Of a DNA stretch of 64,000 nt, positions 1-9,825 are shown piece by piece. The position numbers and the translations under genes were made by a program. Source of the DNA: Arenicellales bacterium (GTDB lineage: Bacteria > Pseudomonadota > Gammaproteobacteria > Arenicellales > Poriferihabitantaceae); assembly GCA_965116335.1 (NCBI GenBank), contig OZ220677.1, positions 922,846 through 986,845 of the forward strand, read 5' to 3'. The notes under the pieces were generated by a model. That model saw only the letters and a list, made by a program, of their open reading frames with translations, was not told the DNA's origin and searched no databases. Position 1 is the stretch's first letter. Every line of letters starts with the position of its first letter.

Positions 1-1788
1 GCCGATTGAGACCGGAGTATAAGGCGGCCTGAAAGTGGTCGTGCCCACTTCCCCAACATCCTTACCCAGAGCTTCCGCCATCAGCGCCAGACCGATGATA
101 TTACCCACCTTGCCACCATCGGTTGCCATCCCCAGTGTGGTATATCGTTTCAGGTGCTCAACCGAGACGAAACCCTCCCTGTGCGCCAGCCGCACGTCAT
201 CGGTAGTCACATCATGCTGCGGATCAACCAGACTTTTCCCCTTGCCCTCCGGTACTTTGACCTCATACAGCGGCTCAATCGGATTGAGCCAGCCACCCAC
301 TTTGGGTGGCCTTTTCCGGCGTGTCGAACAGCCCAGCTGCCGGGCTGCCCTGGCGCCTGCCGAATGACCGGAAACCAGGCATGACTCCGGGTCCCATACC
401 CCCGCCGCAGACCCCGCCATATAGACAGGTTCACTACATTCGGGCGCGATGAAGCAGGCCTGTTCCGGGTTCCATACCGGCCTCACGCCGCGATGCGACA
501 TCAGATTGATCACCGGCGACCAACCGCCGGACACCAGCACCAAATCACAGGGTTCAGAACCCTTCATGATCCAGCCGGATTCAGCCACCGCCGCAATATC
601 CAGCGACCGGACACAACCGAAACCACGCGCCCTCCCCGGAGCGCACCGCGTATCCAGCCCGACGCCACTGTCACCCAGCATCGCCATCATCGACTCAGGG
701 ATCACAGTACGCACGTCATGCAACGTCACGTTCGCCCCGGCTTGCGCGAGCGCCGCCGCAGACGGATAAGCAGAGTCGTTGTTGGTTGCGACCACAATTC
801 TCTGCCCCGGCAAAATGCCATAACGGTTCAGATAGGTAATGCCGGCGCTCACGGTCATCACGCCGGGCAAGTCATTGTTGGCAAACGCAACCTGTCGCTC
901 GATAGCGCCGGTCGTCAGGATAATCTGACGCGCACGAATCGTCCAGAATCGCTGGCGAGGACAGTGCCCGTCCGGTTTCGCAATATGATCGGTCACCCTT
1001 TCCAGTAATCCCGCAGTACCGCCGTCATACAGGCCGAAAACAGTAGTCCGGGTCATCACCCGAGCGCCAGCCTTTGCAAGCTCGGCAAGCAGTCCGACTC
1101 GCTTCTTCTCTGAGCTCTTGTCGGCCCGGTTCAGAAAATCCCCGCCCGGCTCACAGTCCTGTTCGACCAGCAGAACATCCAGCCCGGCTTTGGCGCAAAC
1201 CCGCGCGGCAGAAAGCCCCGCCGGACCTGTGCCCACCACCAGAACATCACAAAAACCATGGGCATGATCATAACAATCCGGGTCAGGCAGTCTCGAGGCC
1301 GTACCCATACCAGCAGCCCTGCGGATAATTTTTTCGCATAACATCCAGAAACCGGTGCCGCCACCCCAGCCTTTCGGCAAGCCCCTGATTTGCGGCCCCA
1401 TAAATGTCTTGTAGTAGAACCCGGCAGATAAAAACCGGCTGAACAGATTGTTCACCGAGCCGATGTCATAACGCACACTGGGCCACGCATTCTGGCCAGT
1501 CGCCACCAGCCCCGCATACAACTCCTGCAGGGTCGCCTTGACATTGGGTTCCTGCCGGGCACCCTCACCGACCGTCACAATGGCGCCGGACTCCTCGACA
1601 CCAGCCGACATGATGCCACGGGGACGGTGATACTTGAAGCTCCGCCCCAATACCTGCTGGTTATTGGCCAGCAATGCCGAAGCCAGCGTATCGCCGTCAA
1701 AACCGGTCATACTTTTCCCGTCCCAGGAGAACCGGATCACCTTCTCGCGATTGACGCGCCCTCCCCGGGGTAATCTTCGCGCAGTCAT
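1..1788 (-). CDS. soxA: sarcosine oxidase alpha subunit, N-terminal ~596 codons (3' end beyond window start)
   Basis: Absent from the ORF track because there is no stop in the window. Hand translation from ATG at 1788 gives MTARRLPRGGRVNREKVIRFSWDGKSMTGFDGDTLA..., typical of the SoxA N-terminus. ATGA overlap with the soxD stop; canonical soxB-D-A order. Confidence 0.85.
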   Translation of the reverse strand, partial: MTARRLPRGGRVNREKVIRFSWDGKSMTGFDGDTLASALLANNQQVLGRSFKYHRPRGIMSAGVEESGAIVTVGEGARQEPNVKATLQELYAGLVATGQNAWPSVRYDIGSVNNLFSRFLSAGFYYKTFMGPQIRGLPKGWGGGTGFWMLCEKIIRRAAGMGTASRLPDPDCYDHAHGFCDVLVVGTGPAGLSAARVCAKAGLDVLLVEQDCEPGGDFLNRADKSSEKKRVGLLAELAKAGARVMTRTTVFGLYDGGTAGLLERVTDHIAKPDGHCPRQRFWTIRARQIILTTGAIERQVAFANNDLPGVMTVSAGITYLNRYGILPGQRIVVATNNDSAYPSAAALAQAGANVTLHDVRTVIPESMMAMLGDSGVGLDTRCAPGRARGFGCVRSLDIAAVAESGWIMKGSEPCDLVLVSGGWSPVINLMSHRGVRPVWNPEQACFIAPECSEPVYMAGSAAGVWDPESCLVSGHSAGARAARQLGCSTRRKRPPKVGGWLNPIEPLYEVKVPEGKGKSLVDPQHDVTTDDVRLAHREGFVSVEHLKRYTTLGMATDGGKVGNIIGLALMAEALGKDVGEVGTTTFRPPYTPVSIG

Positions 1789-2093
1789 CAGGATACCTCT
1801 CCAGACATCCCGGACGACTCCGACAGTACTCGAGCCAACCCGTCATGGGCAGGACGTACAGACTGGATCTGGTGCGTCAGGGTATCCCGCTCAACGATCA
1901 GCCACATACGACAGCCATTAACATGGTGCCAGGTTTCAGACTGCATACCCCGTATATTGTCACGCAGAAAGACCGCCTCATGCCACTGGTCAGCACTGGC
2001 ATCGAGTGCTGGCCAGACTACAGACGCATCGCCACCATAGCTGAATTCGCTGTGGTCGCGCTCTCCGCAGAACGGGCAATTGATTCGGATCAT
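1788..2093 (-). CDS. soxD: sarcosine oxidase delta subunit
   Basis: MIRINCPFCGERDHSEFSYGGD... matches the Zn-ribbon SoxD N-terminus. Internal ATG at 2093 chosen; the 133-aa track ORF would overlap soxB. Sits 10 nt after the soxB stop. Confidence 0.85.
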   Translation of the reverse strand: MIRINCPFCGERDHSEFSYGGDASVVWPALDASADQWHEAVFLRDNIRGMQSETWHHVNGCRMWLIVERDTLTHQIQSVRPAHDGLARVLSESSGMSGEVS

Positions 2094-2103
2094 AATGGCA
2101 ATC

Positions 2104-3369
2104 TCAACCGTGCAGTTTCGGGTCCGGGCCAGCGCCGCGTTCATCAATAATAATCCCGCGCCTGAATCGGTCGAGATCAAAGTGTTCAATCACCGGAGCC
2201 GGTCGGTCATTGGCGATCAGATCGGCAAAGTACCAGCCAGAAGCAGGACTGGCCTTGAATCCACCATAGTTCCAGCCAACATTGAGATACAGATTGCTGA
2301 TCGGAGTCTTGCAGATAAAGGGAGAACCGTCCATCGACATATCCATCACACCCGCCCAGTGTCTGAGCAGGCGAACCCGTCCGAGGCAGGGTAGAATCGA
2401 GATCGCGCACTCCGCCACATCCTGGACAATCGGCAGATTGCCCCGCTGGGAATAGGATTTATACCAATCCAGGTCGCCACCGAATACCATACCGCCCTTG
2501 TCCGATTGCGATATATAAAAATGCGCTCCGCCCACTCCGAACACCACCACATGATCAAGCAATGGCTTGATCGGTTCGGATACGAAGGCTTGTAACAAGT
2601 GAGTTTCGATGGGCAATTTACCCAACCCGGCCATCTGCCACAGGCGGGAGGTATTTCCGGCCACCGCAAACCCCACCTTTTTCGCCGCTATAGCACCCCT
2701 GGATGTTTCCAGCGCGGTGACCTTGCCATCAGTCCGGGTCACTCCGGTAACTTCGCAGTTCTGGATAATATCGACTCCCTGCATATCCGCTGCGCGGGCG
2801 TAGCCCCAGGCCACCGCGTCATGGCGGGCGTTACCGGCACGCTTTTGCACTGCGGCACCAATAATCGGGAAACGGGCATTCTCATAATTCAGATGGGGGA
2901 TTTTTGAGCGCAGGGTATCCAGGTCCCACAACTCGCCATCCGACCCGGTCAAGCGCATCGTATTGTATCGTCTCGCGGCGCCATCGCGGGCAGCCGGAGT
3001 ATGCAGGAGAGAAACATGATGCCTCTGCGAAAACATCACGTTGTAGTTCAGTTCATGACTCAGGTTCTCCCATAATTCGAGCGAATGCTCATAAAACGCC
3101 CGGTTACCCGGCATCATGTAATTGGAACGGACAATCGTCGTGTTTCTGCCTGCGTTGCCACCACCGAGCCATCCCTTGTCCAGCACCGCAACATTCTGGA
3201 TACCATGATTCCTGGCCAGATAACAGGCCGTCGCAAGACCATGCAGGCCAGCACCCACGATCACCACATCATAAGCCTTCTTGGGTTCCGGGTCACGCCA
3301 TTGACGGCCCCATCCCTTCTGGCCGTTCAATCCATTCTTGAATACCGTCCAGGCAGAATAACGAGTCAT
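2104..3369 (-). CDS. soxB: sarcosine oxidase beta subunit (FAD)
   Basis: 421 aa with YDVVIVGAGLHGLATACYLA dinucleotide fold and the NAGRNTTIVRSNY motif typical of SoxB. Confidence 0.9.
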   Translation of the reverse strand: MTRYSAWTVFKNGLNGQKGWGRQWRDPEPKKAYDVVIVGAGLHGLATACYLARNHGIQNVAVLDKGWLGGGNAGRNTTIVRSNYMMPGNRAFYEHSLELWENLSHELNYNVMFSQRHHVSLLHTPAARDGAARRYNTMRLTGSDGELWDLDTLRSKIPHLNYENARFPIIGAAVQKRAGNARHDAVAWGYARAADMQGVDIIQNCEVTGVTRTDGKVTALETSRGAIAAKKVGFAVAGNTSRLWQMAGLGKLPIETHLLQAFVSEPIKPLLDHVVVFGVGGAHFYISQSDKGGMVFGGDLDWYKSYSQRGNLPIVQDVAECAISILPCLGRVRLLRHWAGVMDMSMDGSPFICKTPISNLYLNVGWNYGGFKASPASGWYFADLIANDRPAPVIEHFDLDRFRRGIIIDERGAGPDPKLHG

Positions 3370-3441
3370 GGCGCCGAACCCGTATCGATGCGCGGTACGC
3401 GCCGGATAAACCTGTGATCAACCGGACAACGGCATACCCGC

Positions 3442-6414
3442 CTACACACAATTAAAAATTTTTCCAGGATCATCAATCCAGTACTGCTCATATAATTCCG
3501 AAGGGTTGGCCTGCGGATTATACAGAAACAGGTCTACCGAAACATCATATTTCCCGTGTTTGAAAACACGCGCAGTCTGCTGATTCCGTCCTTCACAAAA
3601 AAGCCTCCGGTAACCGTCTATTTTATGATAAGCCGGAGTGTGCACCCCTCCCTTCGGATCAACAAAAACAATGCGATACTGGTTATTCCTGCACATCCAG
3701 AAGATAAAATCAGGCAGGAAACTCCGAAATTCGTTCTTGTCGCTGTCGTACCAGGGGATGTGGATTTTGTCCAGAGATTCATCAATTTTGCTGAACATCC
3801 ATGCGTCCCATGGTACTTCATTATTGCTTGCCCATTTCTCAAGACGAATGAGGAAATCAGCCTCGCTTTCGATTTTGATGATGTGCTGGATATAACTGGC
3901 TTTCTCATTGCCGAGCACTACCGGCAGATAGTAATGCCCCGTCAGTTTCCTGATTGTCAGATCTTCAAAAGTCTCCTCATCTGTGCCGGAGGACAGCCTG
4001 TTAAATTCATCCAGCTTGATCTCCTGATCCGCAAGTTGTCGCGCCCATTGGAGTATCCGGTCGGGTGAAGACGGCTCGCCCTGCCTGACGCGATGGATGA
4101 TCTCCTGGAGTTCACGGACATATTCCGATTGAGCACGAATCTCACGGAAATGGACAATATCTTCACTGGACAAAGGGCGAATCCCGTCCAACGCCTGCAC
4201 AGTGCCCGAAAGATGAGACACCAGTCGCTGCTGCAAAAAAGCAAGCGTTGCATAACTTTTGCTCTCTCTGATTCGGATAGCATCGGGCGACTTGATCATA
4301 CCTTGCAAACCGGAAATTTCCGACATCGACAGACCATCCCGAACCGCCAAAACCGACTCGGACGTGTTTTCCAGCCATGCCTTGAATCTTTGCAATGTCT
4401 GCTCATTCATTGCAAAAGGGAATCTCGACAGACTGCCTTTCTCTTCACGATACTGTGGTATCAGCAAGGGCATTTCCTCGCCATTAATCTCCGGCATTGG
4501 TGCTTCTTCAAACCCCTCCAGTTTCTCAAAGCCGCCTTTCTTTTCCGTCTCCAGGCCTTCCAACACCGCTTTGACCGCATTGCGATTGGTGGCGAAGAGG
4601 AACAAGGTTTCCGGTGGTTGCACCCGGTCGTGTTGTGCATCCAGACAACGTCTCGTCTCCTCTGGCAAGCCCGCCAGCAATGAACCCAGACGTTTACGCC
4701 TGGCAGGCAGTGTTTCAATACGCACTCCGCGCCCCACGGACTGCACCACGAACTTTTGCGCGTCTGTGCCACCAATGTTGATGAAATTGATCACATTGGG
4801 ACGGTTTGAATCCCAGCTTTCAAAAAATGAACGCGAACCCATCAGAATCGTGATCGGACTGGACTCCAACTCATCAAAAAATGATTTTTCCTGCAATGTG
4901 GTGGTTTCTTCATACCCGGCCAGAAAATTGGTGCGCCACTTTGAAGTATCTCCAATGCGAATCAACGCAAACGGAGCATCGGCATTTTTCATCTGAAACG
5001 CCAACTCCCTGTTGTCCGTACTACGTATAAACTGTAGCCCGCCTGGTCGCCTGCTGAGGAATACCGCTGCGCGCAGATCAGCTATCGTCATGCTCTGGAT
5101 ACCGGAATCATCCGTACCGATAATACCGCCACCATCCTCTCCAAACAGGAGTCCGGGGTTGCCCCAGTCATTCATCAGTTCGTCTTTTGACTCTCTGAAC
5201 AACGCCTGGTCCATCTCACCCGTGGCCATTTCACGCAAAGTCTGAAAGAATGCCCATAAATCATTTTGCTCGTTCTCAACATCCGTGTTGACAGAATTCA
5301 CCAGCGTCAGCATGAGTGGCAGGTGGTACAGGTCTTTAATTTTTGTCTCTGCTCGAAGCTGGCTAACCCGCGAGGATATGAAGCCCAGCGTGATCAGTGA
5401 TTTCAATACAATCTTCTGCCTTTCCCTGTGATTGAATTCACGCCCCCGGTATCGAAACGCATCATATTCCTGCTTGTTCAGATAGATGTTTTTGCCATGC
5501 CCTCCCTTGATAAAGTCTTTCAGATTGTATTTTTTGACGGTCGTTACGATGTCTTCCTCATCAGTAAATGTTGCAGAGAAATTAAAAAGAAATCCCTCAC
5601 GCGCCATCACCTTGTAATACGCCTGTCGTTTTGACTCCAGCGAACCGCCCTTGTGCGCCTCATCCAGCAGGATATACCACTTGCCACCGTTCTCATAAGT
5701 GCGGTAGTCCGTCAATGCCTCTTTCTGCACATCGGAGATATTATCGCTACGATGATAATAAACAGTGGCTACATCGCCCATCCGCCTCTGCCGATTACGC
5801 TGCACTTCGCGCAGAGGAACCAGATCAATATACAGACCGCTTGCATTAAACTCATCCACCGTTTTACGTATCTGCCGGATCAGGTGTTCGCTCGGCGCGA
5901 GCACCAGAATATTATGCGCCGGGATTTCCCCGTGTCTTTGCAAAGCGTACAGATACTCGATCAATTTGACCATGACCAGAGTTTTGCCGCTTCCGGTAGC
6001 CATCCAGAAACACATACGGTTAATGAAGTGATGGTACTGGATCAAATCACCCTCGCCATACACATAGTCCGACAGGATTTTGAAAACCGGATTCTGGTTC
6101 TGATTCCTTTTGTCAACCGGCTTTTCGTATCGCCTCAATTCGGCAGGCAGAAATCTGGCGTAAAGAGACGCGAAATAATCCTTCCGTCTCTTGTTGGTAG
6201 CCGGTAGCTCACCGGGTGTCCAGCCATGCTCTTTACCGTAATAGAGGAAAAGCGCACGCGCCGCATTTTTCAAGGCATCAGTCTGGTAATCGTATAGTGT
6301 CTTCTTGTCAGAGAAACGCTCCACCTCGGGAACCCGCCAGACCTCAGGCAGGTCCGCGTAATTGACATCTTTGGTGATCGGTTCGAGAGCGGGAATCACC
6401 CGTTCCCCCACCAC
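3442..6414 (-). CDS. Type III restriction enzyme Res-like subunit (SF2 helicase plus C-terminal PD-(D/E)xK-like nuclease)
   Basis: YDYQTDAL, WMATGSGKT (motif I), LLDEAHKGG (DEAH), QSVGRGVRI (motif VI). C-terminal PDFIFW...IVFVDPKG looks like a PD..DxK nuclease. Overlaps the Mod stop; alternative GTG starts at 6411 and 6399 (GTGA coupling). Confidence 0.8.
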   Translation of the reverse strand: MVGERVIPALEPITKDVNYADLPEVWRVPEVERFSDKKTLYDYQTDALKNAARALFLYYGKEHGWTPGELPATNKRRKDYFASLYARFLPAELRRYEKPVDKRNQNQNPVFKILSDYVYGEGDLIQYHHFINRMCFWMATGSGKTLVMVKLIEYLYALQRHGEIPAHNILVLAPSEHLIRQIRKTVDEFNASGLYIDLVPLREVQRNRQRRMGDVATVYYHRSDNISDVQKEALTDYRTYENGGKWYILLDEAHKGGSLESKRQAYYKVMAREGFLFNFSATFTDEEDIVTTVKKYNLKDFIKGGHGKNIYLNKQEYDAFRYRGREFNHRERQKIVLKSLITLGFISSRVSQLRAETKIKDLYHLPLMLTLVNSVNTDVENEQNDLWAFFQTLREMATGEMDQALFRESKDELMNDWGNPGLLFGEDGGGIIGTDDSGIQSMTIADLRAAVFLSRRPGGLQFIRSTDNRELAFQMKNADAPFALIRIGDTSKWRTNFLAGYEETTTLQEKSFFDELESSPITILMGSRSFFESWDSNRPNVINFINIGGTDAQKFVVQSVGRGVRIETLPARRKRLGSLLAGLPEETRRCLDAQHDRVQPPETLFLFATNRNAVKAVLEGLETEKKGGFEKLEGFEEAPMPEINGEEMPLLIPQYREEKGSLSRFPFAMNEQTLQRFKAWLENTSESVLAVRDGLSMSEISGLQGMIKSPDAIRIRESKSYATLAFLQQRLVSHLSGTVQALDGIRPLSSEDIVHFREIRAQSEYVRELQEIIHRVRQGEPSSPDRILQWARQLADQEIKLDEFNRLSSGTDEETFEDLTIRKLTGHYYLPVVLGNEKASYIQHIIKIESEADFLIRLEKWASNNEVPWDAWMFSKIDESLDKIHIPWYDSDKNEFRSFLPDFIFWMCRNNQYRIVFVDPKGGVHTPAYHKIDGYRRLFCEGRNQQTARVFKHGKYDVSVDLFLYNPQANPSELYEQYWIDDPGKIFNCV

Positions 6415-9092
6415 AGACAGGGTTTGATTAACTCTATGAAGTGACGCTGTTCTGCTACCGTCATCGTGGACGGGTCTGTTTTCTCCGTATTGCCGTCTGC
6501 AAAGGTTACGCTATCCGCCGTGCGGGTACGTATCTCCTTGCCGAGCAGATTGGATAGGGTTTCGGCAATATCCATATCCGGGTAAAGCTGGCGCAGATTG
6601 ATCTTCAGCTTGCCGTTCTTCAAGCCCTTGACTATGTACGCCAGTTTGTCATCACCGAAGAAGACATATTGCTCGAACGGCGATTTAGCGCTGTCTATCT
6701 CCAGTTGTTCACTGTCCCGGAAGCGGGAGTTTCTCAAAGCCTCCTCGTATTGTTCCAGCGTATAGTATTTCAGGAAATGGCTACTACCCTCACGAGAAAC
6801 CGGCTTTCCTTCCTTCCAGTCTTTGGAATAAACCACCTTTTTGATACGCGGCAACAACACCGTATGAAAATACTCCCCCATTTCAATCAGCAGATACTTC
6901 CGATTGCCACCATCTTCCCGATTCAGATTGATCACGGCATGGGCGGTGGTGCCGGAACCAGCGAAGTAGTCGAGGAACGTACCCACATTACTTTCAGAGG
7001 CTCCACTCACACTCAAACAATCTTCTACGGCATGAATTGACTTCGGATATGAAAAAGTCCCTTGTTTGCCAAATAGCTGCTTCAATAACGCAGTACCGTG
7101 TTCGGTTGCGGAATATTTAGACCCTGACCAATGAGTGGTTGGCTGCAAACCTTCATTCAATCTGCGTCTGTAATATATTCTGTAACTTTTATCGTCTTGC
7201 TGAACAAGCTTAAATTCACCCGACATTTCTTTCGCTCTGTCGTAGCCGAAATACCAACAGCCTTCTGAAGAATCGTCTTTAATCGGAAAAACCTTAACTT
7301 CATGGTCTTTGGGACTTTCCAACAATATGTAGGACTGTGAGTTTCCGTCATACTCCATCTTCGGCAACCGAACGGTATTTTCTTTCTCATTAACGAAGAA
7401 TGGATAAAACATTGTAGGTCGGTCTACTCTATTTGAGTTTGAACCGGCTTTTCTAAACATTTCCCAGAAAAACCGGCCTTTCTCGTCTCTGCTTCTATAT
7501 CTTGCTATTTGCTTCCCGGAATGTCTTAACCTGCTTACCGGGTTGTCGGGGTTTGTCCTCGCAAACAAGGCATACTCATGAGAAAGCGCGAAACCGTTGG
7601 GTATGGGCCTGCCAGATGGCTTGATACAGATAGAAACCGTCCCTGCAACTTCTCCATATATACTCTCGATAAGCTGACTCAAAATTTTATGTTCAGCATC
7701 ATCAATTGTGCAACAGGAAAACCCCTGTTCCAAATCGAGAAACTTCTTTGACATAAACAACCTGTCTTGCATGAGAGAAAGCCAGGACGAATGTTTATAG
7801 CTGTTTTTGTAATCTATTTTCGTTGACGCAGTGTTATACGGAGGATCAATATAAATACACTTCACTCTCCCTCGATAACGCTTCTGCAGGGTGTTCAATG
7901 CCTGCCAGTTCTCGCTGTGTACCAGTTCACCATCCAGCGCTTCATCCAGATTGCCCAGACAACCCAGAATCTCCGGCTCCAGGTCCTTGAAATGCCTGGT
8001 ATCCAGTGGCAGAAACCGGCAATCGCCATTTGCGTCGTTGATACCATCCATATTTTCCTGCCCGTTGACAATATCCTTCATTGAAAACGAATCATCCACC
8101 ATGCCCAGCTGTCGCCACTCCTCAACCTGCTTTTTGCCGCCCTTGTGCCCAATCACTTTGTCGAGAACGCCCCGGTTCAATTTATCCAGCGTAACCACAT
8201 AGTTCAGCTTGCGTACAAACTTCGGCTTTTCCCACACACAGCGAAGCTCATCCTCAAACTGGGCGATAAAATCAATAATGTTATATGCAGTATCCTTGAT
8301 CGCCTGAATCTGCCGGATTCTTTTTTCCTCAAAAACCGTTTCTTCCTGGAAAATGTATTGATAGACCCACAGGTCAAACTGCTCACGCAGGAATCTCCCT
8401 GCATCCTTGTTGATGAAAAAGTCCGCCTCAGTCTGACGACAAAAGACACGAATCGCTTTGCTGAGCTGCTCATCGGTCAATGAAACTCCGGCCTTGCGAG
8501 ATTCCTTGATGATCGCGTCCGGCCTGGTTTTACTGCCGCGCCGGGATAAGGAGACCTTGAGATGGACGACCCTTCCGACATCCTCCCTGTGTACTCCGGC
8601 AAAAGTGAAAACGAAGTCCCGCCGCTCATTGTTTTTCTTATGCTCAAACTCCGAAGCATCAAAGTAAAAACGCCGTGTGTCGTATAGTCTGTCCTCCTCA
8701 CTCAACTCAACCGGCATGGAACGCACCAGCACATCGGATTTGACATAGTAGAGCATCTGCGTCTTCCACGACAACACGACATCCTGCCCGTCCTCATAGA
8801 CGCGCTCCCAGGTCTTGGAGAAAGCCGGAAGATGACGGAAGTAGATGGACCCGCTTTCGCAGAAATAGCGATGAAAAAAGGTATAGAGCTTATCGAATAA
8901 CTCTTCGCGAAAAGCAGTGTGGTGCGGTGCTCGCTCATCAATCCCTGCCATCAGCTTCGGACGGATCGACTGGAACCAGACGCGCTTCATCCGCATCAGG
9001 TTCACAAACCCGGAGTCGCCATCCACCTCAGCCCCGGTAAACATGGATTCCAGCGCATCCAGGAAGCGTTTTTCCTTACTGTTAGCGTTCAA
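6396..9092 (-). CDS. Type III-like DNA methyltransferase Mod subunit (beta-class N6A/N4C MTase, unusually long N-terminus)
   Basis: CIYIDPPYNT (motif IV) precedes LDYFAGSGTTAHAV (motif I), which is beta-class order. TTG start with AAGAGG SD 7 nt upstream. Immediately upstream of and overlapping Res. Confidence 0.85.
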   Translation of the reverse strand: MNANSKEKRFLDALESMFTGAEVDGDSGFVNLMRMKRVWFQSIRPKLMAGIDERAPHHTAFREELFDKLYTFFHRYFCESGSIYFRHLPAFSKTWERVYEDGQDVVLSWKTQMLYYVKSDVLVRSMPVELSEEDRLYDTRRFYFDASEFEHKKNNERRDFVFTFAGVHREDVGRVVHLKVSLSRRGSKTRPDAIIKESRKAGVSLTDEQLSKAIRVFCRQTEADFFINKDAGRFLREQFDLWVYQYIFQEETVFEEKRIRQIQAIKDTAYNIIDFIAQFEDELRCVWEKPKFVRKLNYVVTLDKLNRGVLDKVIGHKGGKKQVEEWRQLGMVDDSFSMKDIVNGQENMDGINDANGDCRFLPLDTRHFKDLEPEILGCLGNLDEALDGELVHSENWQALNTLQKRYRGRVKCIYIDPPYNTASTKIDYKNSYKHSSWLSLMQDRLFMSKKFLDLEQGFSCCTIDDAEHKILSQLIESIYGEVAGTVSICIKPSGRPIPNGFALSHEYALFARTNPDNPVSRLRHSGKQIARYRSRDEKGRFFWEMFRKAGSNSNRVDRPTMFYPFFVNEKENTVRLPKMEYDGNSQSYILLESPKDHEVKVFPIKDDSSEGCWYFGYDRAKEMSGEFKLVQQDDKSYRIYYRRRLNEGLQPTTHWSGSKYSATEHGTALLKQLFGKQGTFSYPKSIHAVEDCLSVSGASESNVGTFLDYFAGSGTTAHAVINLNREDGGNRKYLLIEMGEYFHTVLLPRIKKVVYSKDWKEGKPVSREGSSHFLKYYTLEQYEEALRNSRFRDSEQLEIDSAKSPFEQYVFFGDDKLAYIVKGLKNGKLKINLRQLYPDMDIAETLSNLLGKEIRTRTADSVTFADGNTEKTDPSTMTVAEQRHFIELIKPCLWWGNG

Positions 9093-9147
9093 GTTTCAGC
9101 CTCTTTTTTCCATGTACGGAATACGTCAGGGCATATCCTGACGATAA

Positions 9148-9390
9148 TCACTGGAGCTTAAGGAATCTCGTGGCGGCCAGAAGCATGATAACAAGTGTTG
9201 GCACGGCGCCGATTATGCCCACCAAAACCCATACCTTGATTTTCTGCACATCCTCCTTGCTTGCAAGATGGCCAACCTTTTCTTCAAGTCGCGCCAGCCG
9301 TTCGCGAATATCATCGCCCCCGCCATTCCCGCCCGAACTTTTAACCGTCCTGAGTGGCACAACATTATCTTGTCCATGTTGATCACTCAT
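9148..9390 (-). CDS. small coiled-coil protein with C-terminal TM helix (80 aa), unknown function
   Basis: Internal ATG (MSDQHGQDN...) overlaps the stop of the upstream gene (AATGAGTGA). Gly-rich linker, RERLARLEEKVGHL coiled coil, then hydrophobic VWVLVGIIGAVPTLVIMLLAA. Confidence 0.55.
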   Translation of the reverse strand: MSDQHGQDNVVPLRTVKSSGGNGGGDDIRERLARLEEKVGHLASKEDVQKIKVWVLVGIIGAVPTLVIMLLAATRFLKLQ

Positions 9391-9670
9391 TAGACCAAAC
9401 ATCCATTTGTTGCCACAGGGCGCCCGTATCATATCCAGAGTAGTCATGTATCTGGACAACAACCCCAAGATTAGCGTTTTCACCAACCTTACCCGCCATA
9501 TTCAGAGCTTCGGCAATACCAGCAGGGGTTTTATCAATCGGAGCGGTGACTATCCACAATGGCGATTCCCTGTTACCCAATGCAATATGACGATTATTAA
9601 AATGCTCATCAAGCAGTCCTTCTACCCGCTCCTTGTACGCATCCTGTGGAGACACCAGAAACAGTTTCAT
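9383..9670 (-). CDS. hypothetical protein (95 aa)
   Basis: Intact ORF, translationally coupled to the next gene, in an AT-rich island. No motif I recognise. Confidence 0.45.
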   Translation of the reverse strand: MKLFLVSPQDAYKERVEGLLDEHFNNRHIALGNRESPLWIVTAPIDKTPAGIAEALNMAGKVGENANLGVVVQIHDYSGYDTGALWQQMDVWSNE

Positions 9671-9825
9671 TTAATAAACCCGTAATTTTTTTGGAACATG
9701 AATGGATAATCCTTAATCTTTGTTGCTCAATCCAATCATACAAACCAGCCGGAGTAAAAGCAATGACAAATAGAGTCTCCAATTCCACGACAGAGGAGTT
9801 ATGGGGGGATGAGAACGGTTGGTTA

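Noticed and set aside
35-1364. Several 75-171 aa ORFs on both strands in the first 1.8 kb (35..367, 154..384, 207..434, 449..769, 493..1008, 1074..1328, 1131..1364)
   Set aside because: All are out of frame with or antisense to the long open soxA frame, which reads continuously from ATG 1788 to the window edge and gives a convincing SoxA N-terminus. Their Pro/Arg/Ser-rich composition is typical of off-frame translation of GC-rich coding DNA.
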